Shown piece by piece: positions 12,202 through 23,706 of a DNA stretch of 38,827 nucleotides. The stretch covers positions 14,339,483-14,378,309 of the forward strand of contig NC_057751.1 in assembly GCF_004010195.1 (NCBI RefSeq). Direction: 5' to 3'. The notes under the pieces were generated by a model, which had not been told where the DNA came from, made no database searches, and was given only the letters and a program-made list of their open reading frames with translations. The DNA comes from Chiloscyllium plagiosum (lineage: Eukaryota). The translations under genes were made by a program, and so were the position numbers. Position 1 is the first letter of the stretch. Every line of letters starts with the position of its first letter.

Positions 12202-12528
12202 GGGTGGCACGGTGGCTCAGTGGTGAGTACTGCGCCAAGGACTCAGGTTCGATTCCAGTCTCTGGCGACTGTCTGTGTGGAGTTGGCACATTCTCCCTGT
12301 GTCTGCATGGGTGCTCCGGTTTCCTCCCACAGTCCAAAGATATGCAGATGAGGGTGGATTGGCTGTGCTAAATCAGCCACAGTGTCCAGGGATGTGCAAG
12401 CAAGGTGGGTGAGCCATGGGAAATACAGGGATTAGTGGGGTGGGTCGAGGTGGGATGCTCTGTGGGCGGTCAGTGTTGACCCGATGGGCCGAATGGTCTG
12501 CTTCCTCAATCTCGGGCTTGTATGATTC
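12202..12528 (+). mobile_element. tRNA-derived SINE (HE1/V-SINE-like)
   Basis: gggtggcacggtggctcagtggt A box, ggttcgattcc B box, and the same core and tail as the 10544 copy. Confidence 0.92.
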
Positions 12529-12968
12529 ATCTGAGAAGGGCAAGAATGAGGTGGAGTGTAAAACTTGCCTGTTCTTCAGCTTAACCCTGAGGACTGGCTG
12601 GTTTACACATTAGATAGACTTGTTCTGAGCAGCTGAGCTGGAAGCAAGTGTTGGTCAATGAAGCAAATTTATGCCAGACGCCCCCAGCCCTCTCCTGAAC
12701 CCTCTGCTACAGCTGAGCAACTTGGCAGGGTCTGTGTGTGTCCCTCAGGTGTGAAATAGCATATTGGCTTCTCTGCAGTAATTGATTACATTTTCAGTGT
12801 TGTACTATTGATGAGTTCTGTAATTTGATCTGGTCAGTGTTTTTCACTGAAGGTCTGGTTCCCAGCTACATTTGGAAAAGAACGAAAAGCCATCCCAATA
12901 TATCTTGTCACGTTGTATCGGGGAGGGCAGAAAATGTTGTCCCTGAGATAATGTTACGAACAGTGACT

Positions 12969-13581
12969 TGTTATGGACCAGGCCCGACCCCCTCAAAGTG
13001 TATTCAGAAGGTTGTCTGGAACCTAACTTTTTCTTATTTTAAATGTTGATGAAAGGTGTAGCATTCCAGAGGCAATTCAATTGGTCATGTGACTCAACGT
13101 AAAGCAAAACACAATTTATTCGGAAACCCTCAGTAAAATACAACAAAAGAAAGAATAAAGAACTGGCTTAGCTGTAACTCTGTTGGGAAACTTAACAGGG
13201 TAATCGATTCAGTAACTATTGTGTTCCAATCCCATGAATACACCTCTTGGCAAAAGGCAAGTTTGGAAAATAGATTGTCTTGCATACAACTCTAACAGGA
13301 AGAGAACCTCCAGCTTTTTGCTGTAACTGAGAGAGGGGATAAAATAGCTTCCACTTCTTCAAGACGCCATCTCTTACTGCTGAAAGCCAGACTAAAAATC
13401 CTGGATCTGAGAGAGCTTGACCACACCCGTCCAGGCTGCTTCTACTGTTTCAACTTGGATAAAAGGAAAGCCAGCTGTTTATTTCTAGTCTTCAGTAGCT
13501 ATCTCAGCACCTCATACTTAAAACCTTCCTTTACCAAAAATCAAGGACAAGACAGTCTCTTAAGTCTGTGACATTGTCACA
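12969..13581 (-). mobile_element. Solo LTR (613 bp) with 4-bp target-site duplication GACT
   Basis: Starts TGTTATGG and ends TTGTCACA (TG..CA). GACT at 12965-12968 and 13582-13585. AATAAA on the minus strand near 13115-13120 suggests minus orientation. Removing it restores the reading LRTVT|ALNSVSKLHPM. Confidence 0.85.
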
Positions 13582-14361
13582 GACTGCACTGAATTCAGTC
13601 AGTAAACTGCATCCAATGGGGGAGGTATTTGGCCCAACTCATCACATCTGGCTCCCCATAGTACAGAGCCTATTTCTGATCAGGGCACCAGGACTGAAGG
13701 AACTCCTTCATGTGTTCCTGGCTGGGCGAGCATTGATTGTTCTTCAGAAGGTGGGATTAAACATACTTCTGAAACCACTGCATTCTAAGCAAGTGCTCCC
13801 CCTGAGGGTCAGGACTTTTACCCTGGGTTGACTGGTGAAGTTTGGGTTTGTGGTCCTTTCAGCAGAAAAGTGTTTCCTGGACTGGATTGCAATTTGTCAA
13901 ACCAGGAATGGTTTTCCTTGTGTCAAGAAAGCTCTGAAAGCTTCCAGTGCTGGCACTGTCGTGACAGTTGGAAGGATGTGAATTTCAGAATCAAATTATC
14001 ATCATGCACAACACATCAAGGATGGTTGAAGTAGGACTTTGAAAAGCGGACCAGATGTTTTGTTGAAGGGAAGGAAATTAGAGGGCGATGGGGGAGTGAA
14101 CTTGGAAAGGTCTTCCAACAGAATGAATGGTCTTTTGCTCATCAAATGTTTCATGAAAGGCAATTGCCCAATGAGGTGATGGGTTTCCCAAAGCGATGGT
14201 CAGGTCATGGGAGTCATGAATAGTACCTGAATGGGGAATTGTGAGCAAGCTCATCAGCAAACCGACATTCTGGGCACATCCCATCGTGGTGATAACTGGG
14301 GAGACTAGCACTTTCATCTCCTTTCCCAATGGCTTCCTGTCATTGTCAGACTTGACAAATA

Positions 14362-14390
14362 GACAGTAGACAATAGGTGCAGGAGTAGGC
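14362..14390 (-). mobile_element. Start of an antisense CR1-type 3' tail, truncated by the assembly gap
   Basis: gacagtagacaataggtgcaggagtaggc resembles the tail at 27835-27850 (gcaggagtaggc). Confidence 0.55.
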
Positions 14391-14890
14391 NNNNNNNNNN
14401 NNNNNNNNNNNNNNNNNNNNNNNNNNNNNNNNNNNNNNNNNNNNNNNNNNNNNNNNNNNNNNNNNNNNNNNNNNNNNNNNNNNNNNNNNNNNNNNNNNNN
14501 NNNNNNNNNNNNNNNNNNNNNNNNNNNNNNNNNNNNNNNNNNNNNNNNNNNNNNNNNNNNNNNNNNNNNNNNNNNNNNNNNNNNNNNNNNNNNNNNNNNN
14601 NNNNNNNNNNNNNNNNNNNNNNNNNNNNNNNNNNNNNNNNNNNNNNNNNNNNNNNNNNNNNNNNNNNNNNNNNNNNNNNNNNNNNNNNNNNNNNNNNNNN
14701 NNNNNNNNNNNNNNNNNNNNNNNNNNNNNNNNNNNNNNNNNNNNNNNNNNNNNNNNNNNNNNNNNNNNNNNNNNNNNNNNNNNNNNNNNNNNNNNNNNNN
14801 NNNNNNNNNNNNNNNNNNNNNNNNNNNNNNNNNNNNNNNNNNNNNNNNNNNNNNNNNNNNNNNNNNNNNNNNNNNNNNNNNNNNNNNNNN
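14391..14890. other. Assembly gap (500 N)
   Basis: Run of n. The round size suggests a placeholder of unknown true length. Confidence 1.
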
Positions 14891-17800
14891 TGGGGTACGG
14901 GGTCCCTCACACACACTGACTCTCACTGGGGTACAGGTCCCTTACTAACATACACTGACTCTCACTGGGGTACCGGGTCACACACACGCACACACACTGT
15001 CTCTCACTGGGGTACGGGGTCCCTCACACACACTGTCTCTCACTGGGGTACAGGTCCCTTACACTCACACACACTGACTCTCATTGGGGTCCGGGGTCAC
15101 ACACACGCACGCTGACTCTCACTGGGGTACAGGTCCCTCACACACACATACACTGACTCTCATTGGGGTACGGGGTCACACACACTGTCTCTCACTGGGG
15201 TACGGGTCCTTCATACACACTGACTCTCACTGGAGTATGGGTCCCTCACACACACTGTCTCTCACTGGGGTACGGGTCCCTCATACACACTGACCTTCAC
15301 TGGAGTATGGGTCCCTCACACACTCTGTCTCTCACTGGGGTACAGGTCCCTCACACACACACACACACACACTGTCTCTCACTGGGGTACGGGTCACTCA
15401 TACACACTGACTCTCACTGGAGTATGGGTCCCTCACACACACTGTCTCTCACTGCGGTACGGGGTCACATACACGCACTGACTCTCACTGGGGTATAGGT
15501 CCCTCACACACACTGACCTTCACTGGGGTATGGGTCCCTCACACACACTGTCTCTCACTGGGGTACAGGTCCCTCACACAAACATACACTGACTCTCATT
15601 GGGGTACGGGGTCACACACACGAACACACACTGTCTCTCACTGGGGTATGGGTCCCTCACACACACTGACTCTCACTGGGGTACGGGGTCACACACACGC
15701 ACTCACACTGTCTCTCACTGGGGTACGGGTCCCTCACACACACTGACCTTCACTGGGGTATGGGTCCCTCACACACACTGTCTCTCACTGGGTCATGGGG
15801 TCCCACACACACAGTGACTCTCACTGGGGTCCGGGGTCACACACACACACACTGACTCTCACTGGGGTATGGGGTCCCACACACACACTGAATCTCACTG
15901 GGGTATGGAATCTCACACACACACTGACTCTCACTGGGGTATGGAGTCCCACACACACACTGACTCTCACTGGGGTATGGATTCTCACACACACACTGAT
16001 TCTCACTGGGGTATGGATTCTCACACACACACTGACTCTCACTGGGGTATGGAGTCCCACACACACACTGACTCTCACTGGAGTATGGGTCCCTCACACA
16101 CACTGTCTCTCACTGGGGTACAGGTCCCTCAAACACACATACACTGACTCTCATTGGGGTATGGGGTCACACACACGCACACACACTGTCTCTCACTGGG
16201 GTACGGGTCCCTCACACACACTGACCTTCACTGGAGTATGGGTCCCTCACACACACTGTCTCTCACTGGGGCATGGGGTCCCACACACACAGTGACTCTC
16301 ACTGGAGTATGGGGTCACATACACGCACACATACTGTCTCTCACTGGGGTACTGGGTCACACACACGCACACACACTGTCACTCACTGGGGTACGGGGTC
16401 CCTCACACACACTGACTCTCACTGGGGTATGGGGTCCCACACACACACTGATTCTCACTGGGGTATGGGGTCTCACACGCACTGACTCTCACTGGGGTAT
16501 GGGGTCCCACACACACAGTGACTCTCACTGGAGTATGGGGTCACATACACGCACACATACTGTCTCTCACTGGGGTACAGGGTCACACACACACACTGTC
16601 TATCACTGGGGTCCGGGGTCCCTCACACACACTGACTCTCACTGGGGTACGGGTCCCACAGACACACTGACACTCACTGGGGTATGGGGTCCCACACACA
16701 CACTGACTCTCACTGGGGTACGGGTCCCACAGACACACTGACTCTCACTGAGGTACGGGGTCTCACACGTACACTGATTCTCACTGGGGTATGGGGTCTC
16801 ACACACGCACTGATTCTCACTGGGGTATGGGGTCTCACACACACACTGATTCTCACTGGGGTATGGGGTCCCACACACACGCTGTCTCTCACTGGGGTAC
16901 GGGTCCCACAGACACACTGACTCTCACTGGGGTACGGGGTCTCACACGCACACTGATTCTCACTGGGGTATGGGGTCTCACACGCACTGACTCTCACTGG
17001 GGTATGGGGTCCCACACACGCGCTGTCTCTCACTGGGGTATGGGGTCCCACACACGCACTGACTCTCACTGGGGTATGGGGTCCCACACACACACTGACT
17101 CTCACTGGGGTATGGGGTCCCACACCCACTGACTCTCACTTGGGTACGGGGTCTCACACACACACACACACACACACACTGTCTCGCGTTGGGGTATGGG
17201 GTCTCACACACACACAAACACACTGTTTCTCACTGGGGTACGGGCTCACACACACACACTGTCGCGCGCTGGAGTATGGGGTCACACACACACACTGTCT
17301 CTCGCTGGGGTATGGGGTCCCACACACACACACTGACTCTCAGTGGGGTCCCAGACACACACTGACTCTCAGTGGTGTATGGGGTCCCACACACACACTG
17401 ACTCGCACTGAGGTACGGGGTCCCACACACAGTGACTCGCACTGGGGTATGGGGACTCACACACACACACTGTCTGTCACTGAGGTATGGGGTCCCACAT
17501 ACACACTGACTCTCACTGGGATACGGGGTCACACACACACTGTCTCTCACTGTGGTATAGGGTCACACACACACACTGTCTCTCACTGCGGTACTAGTCC
17601 CTTACACACTGACTCTCACTGGGGTACAGGGTCACACACACGCACGCACTGTCTCTCATTGGGGTATGGGGTCCCACACACACACTGATTCTCACTGAGG
17701 TATGGGGTCCCACACACACACTGACTCTCACTGGGGTATGGGGTCCCACACACACTGTCTCTCATTGGGGTATGGGGTCCCACACACACACTGATTCTCA

Positions 17801-18435
17801 CTGAGGTATGGGGTCCCACACACACTGTCTCTCACTGGGGTATGGGGTCCCACACACACACTGTCTCTCACTGTGGTACAGGGTCACACACACACACTGT
17901 CTCTCACTGCGGTACTAGTCCCTTACACACTGATTCTCACTGGGGTACGGGGTCACACACATGCACACACACTGCCACTCACTGGGGTACGCGGTCCCAC
18001 GCACCCCAGTGAGAGTAAATGTGTGAGGCCCCCTCCACCAGTAAGAGTCACTGTGTGCGTGGGGTATGGGGTCAAACACACACACTGTCTCTCACTGGGG
18101 TACGGGGTCACACACATGCACACAGACTGTCTCTCACTGGGGTATGGGGCCCCACACACACACACACTGTCTCTCACTGGGGTATGGGGTCCCACACACA
18201 CACTGTCTCTCACTGGGGTCCGGGGTCCCACACACACACACAAACTCACTGGGGTATGGGGTCTCACACGCACTGACTCTCACTGGGGTATGGGGTCCCA
18301 CACACACATTGATTCTCACTGGGGTACGGGGTCCCACACACACAGACTCTCAATGGGGTATGGGGTCCCAGACACACACTGACTCTCACAGGGGTATGGG
18401 GTCCCACATGCACTGACTCTCGCTGGGGTATGGGG
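14891..18435. repeat. G-rich minisatellite, unit ~31-40 bp (ctcactggggtatggggtcccacacacacactgact)
   Basis: About 100 visible tandem units with a variable (CA)n run and an inverted patch at ~18003-18057. Followed by a (CT)n(CA)n microsatellite to ~18480. Confidence 0.97.
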
Positions 18436-18469
<34 letters not shown>

Positions 18470-18616
18470 ACACACACACATGTTTGCTTCTGTCTGTTGT
18501 AACTGTCAACAACTCTTTTATGTTCAGTTTGTGAATGAAGGTTTTGCTTTCTGATTTACATGAATTGTAAAGCCTGAGATGTTTTTGAAGAGTCGTAGCT
18601 TTGGTTGTGGATCAGT

Positions 18617-18940
18617 AATTAGATTAGATTAGATTAGATTACTTACAGTGTGGAAACAGGCCCTTCGGCCCAATAAGTCCACACCGACCCGCCGAAGCGA
18701 AACCCACCCATACCCCTACATTTACCCCTTACCTAACACTACGGGCAATTTAGCCTGGCCAATTCACCTGACCTGCACATCTTTGGACTGTGGGAGGAAA
18801 CTGGAGCACCCGGAGGAAACCCACGCAGACACGGGGAGAATGTGCAAACTCCACGCAGTCGGTCGCCTGAGGCGGGAATTGAACCCAGGTCTCTGGCGCT
18901 GTGAGGCAGCAGTGCTAACCACTGTGCCACCGTGCCGCCC
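18617..18940 (-). mobile_element. Young full-length tRNA-derived SINE (HE1-like) with (TCTAA)n tail
   Basis: Minus strand starts gggcggcacggtggcacagtggttagcac with B box gggttcaattcc. CpGs are retained. Tail reads (ttaga)n on the plus strand. Confidence 0.96.
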
Positions 18941-18977
18941 ACGTTGTAAGATTGCTCACTGAGCTGGAAGGTTCGTT

Positions 18978-19020
18978 CTCAGATGTTTCGTCACCATGCC
19001 CAGTAACATCCTCAGCGAGC
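18978..19020 (-). ncRNA. Minimal type I hammerhead ribozyme motif (Penelope pLTR)
   Basis: Minus strand reads gctcg CTGAGGA t gttac-tgggcatg-gtgac GAAAC ATC tgag. Core CUGANGA and GAAA are intact and stems I/II pair. The helix III CG is mutated to CA. Confidence 0.6.
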
Positions 19021-19830
19021 CTCTGGTGAAGCGCTGGTGCTCTGTGCAGCTTGCTATTTATGTGGCTTGGTCTTTTGGTTCTTTTCCTCAGAGGTTGCTG
19101 AATGGGGTCCAAATTGATGTGTGTGTTATTGGAGGTCTGGTTAGAATGCCAAGCCTCTGGGTTTTCCCTTGCATGTCTCTGTTTGGCCTGTCCCAGGATG
19201 GATGCGTTGTCCCAGTCAAAGTGGTGCCCTACATTGTCTGTGATAAACACAGCCCACCAATTCTTAAACAACAAACCCAAACCAGGAGACACAGCACACC
19301 CAGAGACTTCAGCCACGCGACCAGATATCAAAGGCACCTCTGATATGACGATCAGACCACTCCAACCCATTGGCATCATGGAGCCCACAAACCTCCCAAC
19401 ACAGACACAGCTTCTGGTGAACCTGATGGACTCTATACCAACAACCAGCAGTACGAACATCATATCCAAAATACCCTGCAAGGACTGTAACAAACACTAC
19501 ATTGGACAGACAGACAGGAAACCAACCATCAGGATACACAAACACCCCAACTAGCCACCAAAAGACATGATCCTCTCTCACTAGTATCCTTACATACAGA
19601 TGAAGAAGGACACCACTTCGACTGAGACAACACATCCATCCTGGGACAGGCTAAACAAAGGGAATTCTGAGAGGTCTGGCATTCTCACCGGAACTCCATC
19701 AACAAACACATTGATCTGGACCCCATTTACCCAACCTCTCAGAAACAGAACTGGAAATGATGGCACCCACCACAACAGACCGAGACTCATAAATAGAAAG
19801 CGGGACTGAACACCAGCGCTTCACCAGAGG

Positions 19831-19872
19831 CTCACCGATGATGTTACCTCACATGGTGACGAAACGTCTGAA
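19831..19872 (+). ncRNA. Minimal type I hammerhead ribozyme motif, core mutated (CCGAUGA)
   Basis: ctca CCGATGA t gttacc-tcacat-ggtgac GAAACGTC tgaa. U4>C change in the core. Confidence 0.55.
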
Positions 19873-20254
19873 AACAAGTCTTCCAGCTCAGTGGGCAAAC
19901 TGACGAGTTTGTGTCTTTGGGGAGCAGGGTTGTGACATGGTGCTGATTGGTCGTCACTCTGGCTGGCCCCTCCATCTAGGTTTTAAGTAGTTCTGTTGCA
20001 GCGTTAACTGTGGCCTTTCAGAATTGTCCAATCTGGGCTTGCCCAGGAGTGCAGAAGGAAGATGGAGTGGAGTTCGAGGCGTTTGCTGTCATTGTTGTAA
20101 ATGTGGCGAAGGGAAAGTATTTTCAAATGAACAGCACTGTTAAATTATCAAAGCACTTTAAACATGCACTGGCTCACACACTGTCTCTCAGCATTGTTTC
20201 ATATTTCACCTCTTTTCCTAATCAACTGCTTCAGAGATGTCATTAGACACGTTT

Positions 20255-20320
20255 GGGACGTGAAACTGGGCCTCTCAGTCCACGGATAGGGGCACTACAA
20301 CTGTGCCACAAGAGGGCCCT
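20255..20320 (-). mobile_element. Short tRNA-like SINE head fragment
   Basis: Reverse complement ctcttgtggcacagttgtagtgcccctatccgtggactgagaggcccagtttcacgtccc. A similar copy lies at 21253-21322 on the plus strand. Confidence 0.6.
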
Positions 20321-21252
20321 CAAATCATTGCCATAACTTGGATAAATTAAACTTTTTAAAAAATTAGCCACTTTTTCTATTCAACCTGCTGTTGCCCAAA
20401 AATGGACCGACAGTGTAAATGGTTTAAACAGGGCTGTCGATAAGCAGTTTTGTGTCACATGGGAATAAGAGACAGAGGAAGGAGGTTGGAACCTGAGACC
20501 AGTCACTCTGTTTCTCCATTAATGAAGGGCAGTTCACACTGATGCTAAATTTGGTGCGCAAGTTGAGTGTCAAGAGTCACGATGTTTCTGGTAGGAAGGG
20601 AGGTGAGACCACAGAAGCAATGTTTTGCAGCTGCTGGAGGTCTGAAATCAGAACTGCAAGCTCTGGGAATGCTCAGGTTAGGCATGTTCCTTCACCCCTC
20701 CCTCCCTCCCTCAAGGATAGGCCATTGACCCAGGAAGTTAACCATGCCTCCCTCTCTCTCTCTCTCTCTGTCTGTCTGTCTCTCTGCAGATGCTGTCAAA
20801 CTTGCTGAGTATTTCCAGAATTATTCCCAGTTTCCTCCTGGCGTCAGGTTAGAACCCGATGATGAATTTGTATCGCATGTCTGTTGCACCTGCAGTGTTG
20901 GTATAAAGATAATTTATTGTGTAGTGGCTGTGCTCAGACTGTGAATAAGGCTGGCTTGGAACAAAGGCTTGTCCAAGATGTGTGTTTTGCAGCCTGACTG
21001 AGTAATCTAAAAGTTCTCTTCCTATCACTGAGGTTTTGAGAGAGAGAGAGAGAGTGTGTGTATGTGTAATCATAGAGTTGTGGTGGGGTGGGTGATGATA
21101 TGTCAATACAGTCTGAGCTGTCCCATTAGTGATTTGCATGCAGTTTGAGAGTGTGTCCTTCCCTCCTTTGTTCTGAGGTGTTGTGTGATGTAGCCAACCT
21201 GGTTAATTTAAAATAAAAGTTTAATTTGTCTTAGTTATGGCAATGATTTGGG

Positions 21253-21322
21253 AGCTCTCTTGTGGAACACAGTTGCACTGTGTCCCTATCCATGGACCGG
21301 GAGGCCCAGTTTCCGAGTCCCA
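21253..21322 (+). mobile_element. Short tRNA-like SINE head fragment
   Basis: ctctcttgtggaacacagttgcactgtgtccctatccatggaccgggaggcccagtttccgagtccca, the inverted partner of 20255-20320. Confidence 0.6.
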
Positions 21323-21631
21323 CTGATCCCAGAAGTTGGGTGAACTCTCCAGTGGGGCACATCCAAATGCTGTTGCTGAAATGAATGTGCATGTGATGGA
21401 GGAGGGTGGTGTGCTTGCACCTGGTACCACTTTGTGGGTGGGTTGCTGAAACACCATCACACTGTTCCTGAAAAGCCAGCTGACAGTGAGAGACTCTCTG
21501 ATAAAACAGGCCATTTGTTCAGCATGCCTTGTATTTTGCTGTGTATGAAATTTCCTGACCCTTTTCCTCAGTGGTAATGATGACTTGGTTTCGAAAGCAT
21601 TTTATGGCCAGTGAATCAATCAATCTGAGAC

Positions 21632-21910
21632 ATGGTTGGAGGATCTGAGCTACAGGGAGAGGCTGAACAGGCTGGGGCTGTTTTCACTGGAGCGTCGGAG
21701 GCTGAGGGGTGACCTTATGGAGGTTTACAAAATTATGAGGGGCATGGATAGGATAGTCTTTTCCCTGGGGTGGGGGAGTCCATAACTGGAGGGCATAGGT
21801 TGAGGGTGAGAGGGGAAAGATATAAAAGGGACCTAAGGGGCAACGCTTTCACACAGAGGGTGGTGCGTGTATGGAATGAGCTGCCAGAGGATGTGGTGGA
21901 GGCTGGTACT
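21632..21910 (+). mobile_element. CR1 LINE fragment
   Basis: Nearly colinear with 8404-8681 (ggatctgagctacagggagaggctgaacaggctggggctg...). Confidence 0.95.
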
Positions 21911-22017
21911 CGTGAACATCTCGCGGAGTGTGGTGGAGGCCGTGTTTAGTGAGTGCTACATTGCTGGAGTTATTGGCTTCCAAACGAGATACAGAAATTC
22001 AGATTATCTCAAGCAGA

Positions 22018-22090
22018 CATAGAGAGTCATAGAGATGTACAGCATGGAAACAGACCCTTCGGCCCAACCCGTCCATGCCGACCAGGTATC
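22018..22090 (-). mobile_element. CR1 3' tail fragment
   Basis: agagtcatagagatgtacagcatggaaacagacccttcgg.. is the reverse complement of the tail at 8795-8850. Confidence 0.9.
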
Positions 22091-22299
22091 ATGGCATTAC
22101 TATCACCACCATTGTGTGTCCTCAGCCGTAGGCAAGTCCTTGACACATCGTATCAAGAAACTGTGACACGCCTATTGTGCACCAAGGTGAGATATTATCG
22201 CTCAGTGCAAGAGGAATGAAGTTTTGTGCGCATTCTCCTTGAAGGCAGCTCCTTCGCACACTTTCTGTAACTCGCTAATCTCTGCCAACAACCAATAAC

Positions 22300-23300
22300 C
22301 TTCAGTTTTGAAACCATCCAACACTGACATTGTTTTCCTTCCCTGAAATTTCCTGTTCCCCTGCTTTTTCCCCACTCCCTTTGATTCTTTTCGGCCCAAG
22401 GACGGTATCCAATTCCTTACCGAAAACGGTGAATGTTGGCATCTCCGCTACCTTCTGTAGCAGAGGGCTCCACCAGCTCACCAGGATTTGGTGAAAAATT
22501 CCTCTTTGTGTCAGTCCCATGTCATTAGACTGTGACCCCCTGGTTCGAGACTCTTTACTCATCAGGAACTTTCACCCTGTCTCATCCCTGTTGGAATTTG
22601 ATGGGTTTCTCTGAGATCCCCATCCCCCCTTCCTCATTCTTCTAAACTCCCAATGAATATTATCCTCATCTGATCCAGTCTCTCTCCATCCCAGGAATCC
22701 GTCTGGCAAAGCCTTCGCTGCCCTCCCTCCAACACCAGAACATCCATCCTCAGATAAGGAGACCCCAAGCCGCGCACGCCCACAATACCCGCTCTGTCCA
22801 TCCCTGCTCCTACACTCCAATCCTCTCACCATGGAGGGCCCACCATCCCATTGGCCTTCCTCACCACCTGCCACTCCTGCAAGGCTGTCTCTCAGCCAGT
22901 GGGGGAGGAGGGACACCCAGGTCTCACTGCAGCTCCCATTTCCCCACTCAGGTCATAATCTGCCCTTGTTTCTGCAACCAAAGTGGATGAGCTCACACTG
23001 ATGCACAGTAAACTGCATCTGTCACACATTTGCCCACTGGTCTGTCCAAATCTCACTGCAACATCTCTGCATCCTCCTCACAACTCACCCTCTTCCCCCC
23101 AGCTGGTGTTGTCTTCATTAATTCCCTCACCGAAATCATTAAGATACATTCGAAAGAGCAGGGAGTTGGGCATTGATCCCTGCAGGACCTCCCTCGTCAC
23201 TACCTGCCACTCAGAAAAAGACCCCTTTATTCCTTCTCATTTTTTTTTCCTGTCTGCTAACTGTCCAGATTAGTAAACTGCCCGTAATCCCATTTTGTTG
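22300..23300 (-). mobile_element. Old degenerate CR1-type LINE fragment
   Basis: Minus translation gives QILVSWWSPLLQKVAE..FGKELD (CR1 C-terminal-like) and upstream RT-like remnants (ggcattgatccctgcaggacctccctcgtcac..). Confidence 0.7.
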
Positions 23301-23706
23301 TAATTCCTCTTATTGCTGTGCCCTTGTGTGCTCCTGGTATAATTGACCCAGTGAAATTGCCGTCAGCATTATCGTCCTCAATCACTGCACTTCTCTCAAA
23401 TTCGGATAGACATGTTCAAGATGGCCACGTCCTCTTTGCTCATTTCCTCAGCAGCTTGGGAGCCAGCACTTCCTGTTTGCAGAACTTTGTGGCCCATTGT
23501 CACTCATTCCCCTTTGTTTCGACACACATGAGGGTGATCCTTCCCTGTTTAATCAAATCTCTGCACGTATCACATTGCTTTTTCAGTTCCTCACTCTCTC
23601 GCTAACTCCTGCGTCAAGAGGCTGCATTTCAGCTTGCCTTCCTGTCCCGACTGTCCATTCGCTCCTTCCTTCCATCCTTTCCAACATGGCCGTCATTTCC
23701 CTAGTT

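Larger units (their letters stand above)
6400..13630 (+). mobile_element. Ancient, heavily decayed BEL/Pao-like LTR retrotransposon internal region (gag-protease-RT-RNaseH-integrase) with nested younger insertions
   Basis: Manual translation across many stops and frameshifts gives BEL/Pao-like motifs in the expected order. Gag: QDPLGF ~6412; LPxxxxLW ~6850; YVQFMRGKIYQQK..RVALNS ~7170, Zn-knuckle-like. Pol: MVQEERKIMELL..KNGLF..LSFRE 8017; RFVFLHCAK 8997 (cf. RVVFDCSAK); AGGLPLT 9701 (cf. GGFxLT); SFVNPHG 9872 (cf. SxYDPLG); TVPRSEHL 10251 (cf. TIPRLEL); VNLDRF ~11020; LHVQM ~11694 (cf. VHLEM); GRAENVVP..LRTVT ~12920; VSKLHPM ~13598 (cf. RPVxKLxPL), then GGGGGAGG (PPT-like). Length after removing insertions is ~5.3 kb. 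Confidence 0.62.
18952..19898. mobile_element. Penelope-like element remnant: GIY-YIG C-terminus flanked by inverted pseudo-LTRs
   Basis: Plus-strand frame gives TNIISKIPCKDCNKHYIGQTDRK..IRIHKH (GIY-YIG/CCHH). 18952-~19245 is the reverse complement of ~19600-19898 (HHFDWDNASILGQAKQ..). Confidence 0.9.

Noticed and set aside
13630..14360. RTE-like LINE remnant on minus, or 3' LTR of the BEL element
   Set aside because: Only a faint ALIRNRL..PNTSP similarity, and no matching 5' LTR was found. It cannot be assigned by eye.
14078..14926. ORFs spanning the N run
   Set aside because: Artefacts of translating the assembly gap.
15084..18467. Many His/Thr/Gly-rich ORFs
   Set aside because: Translations of the G-rich minisatellite in multiple frames and strands.
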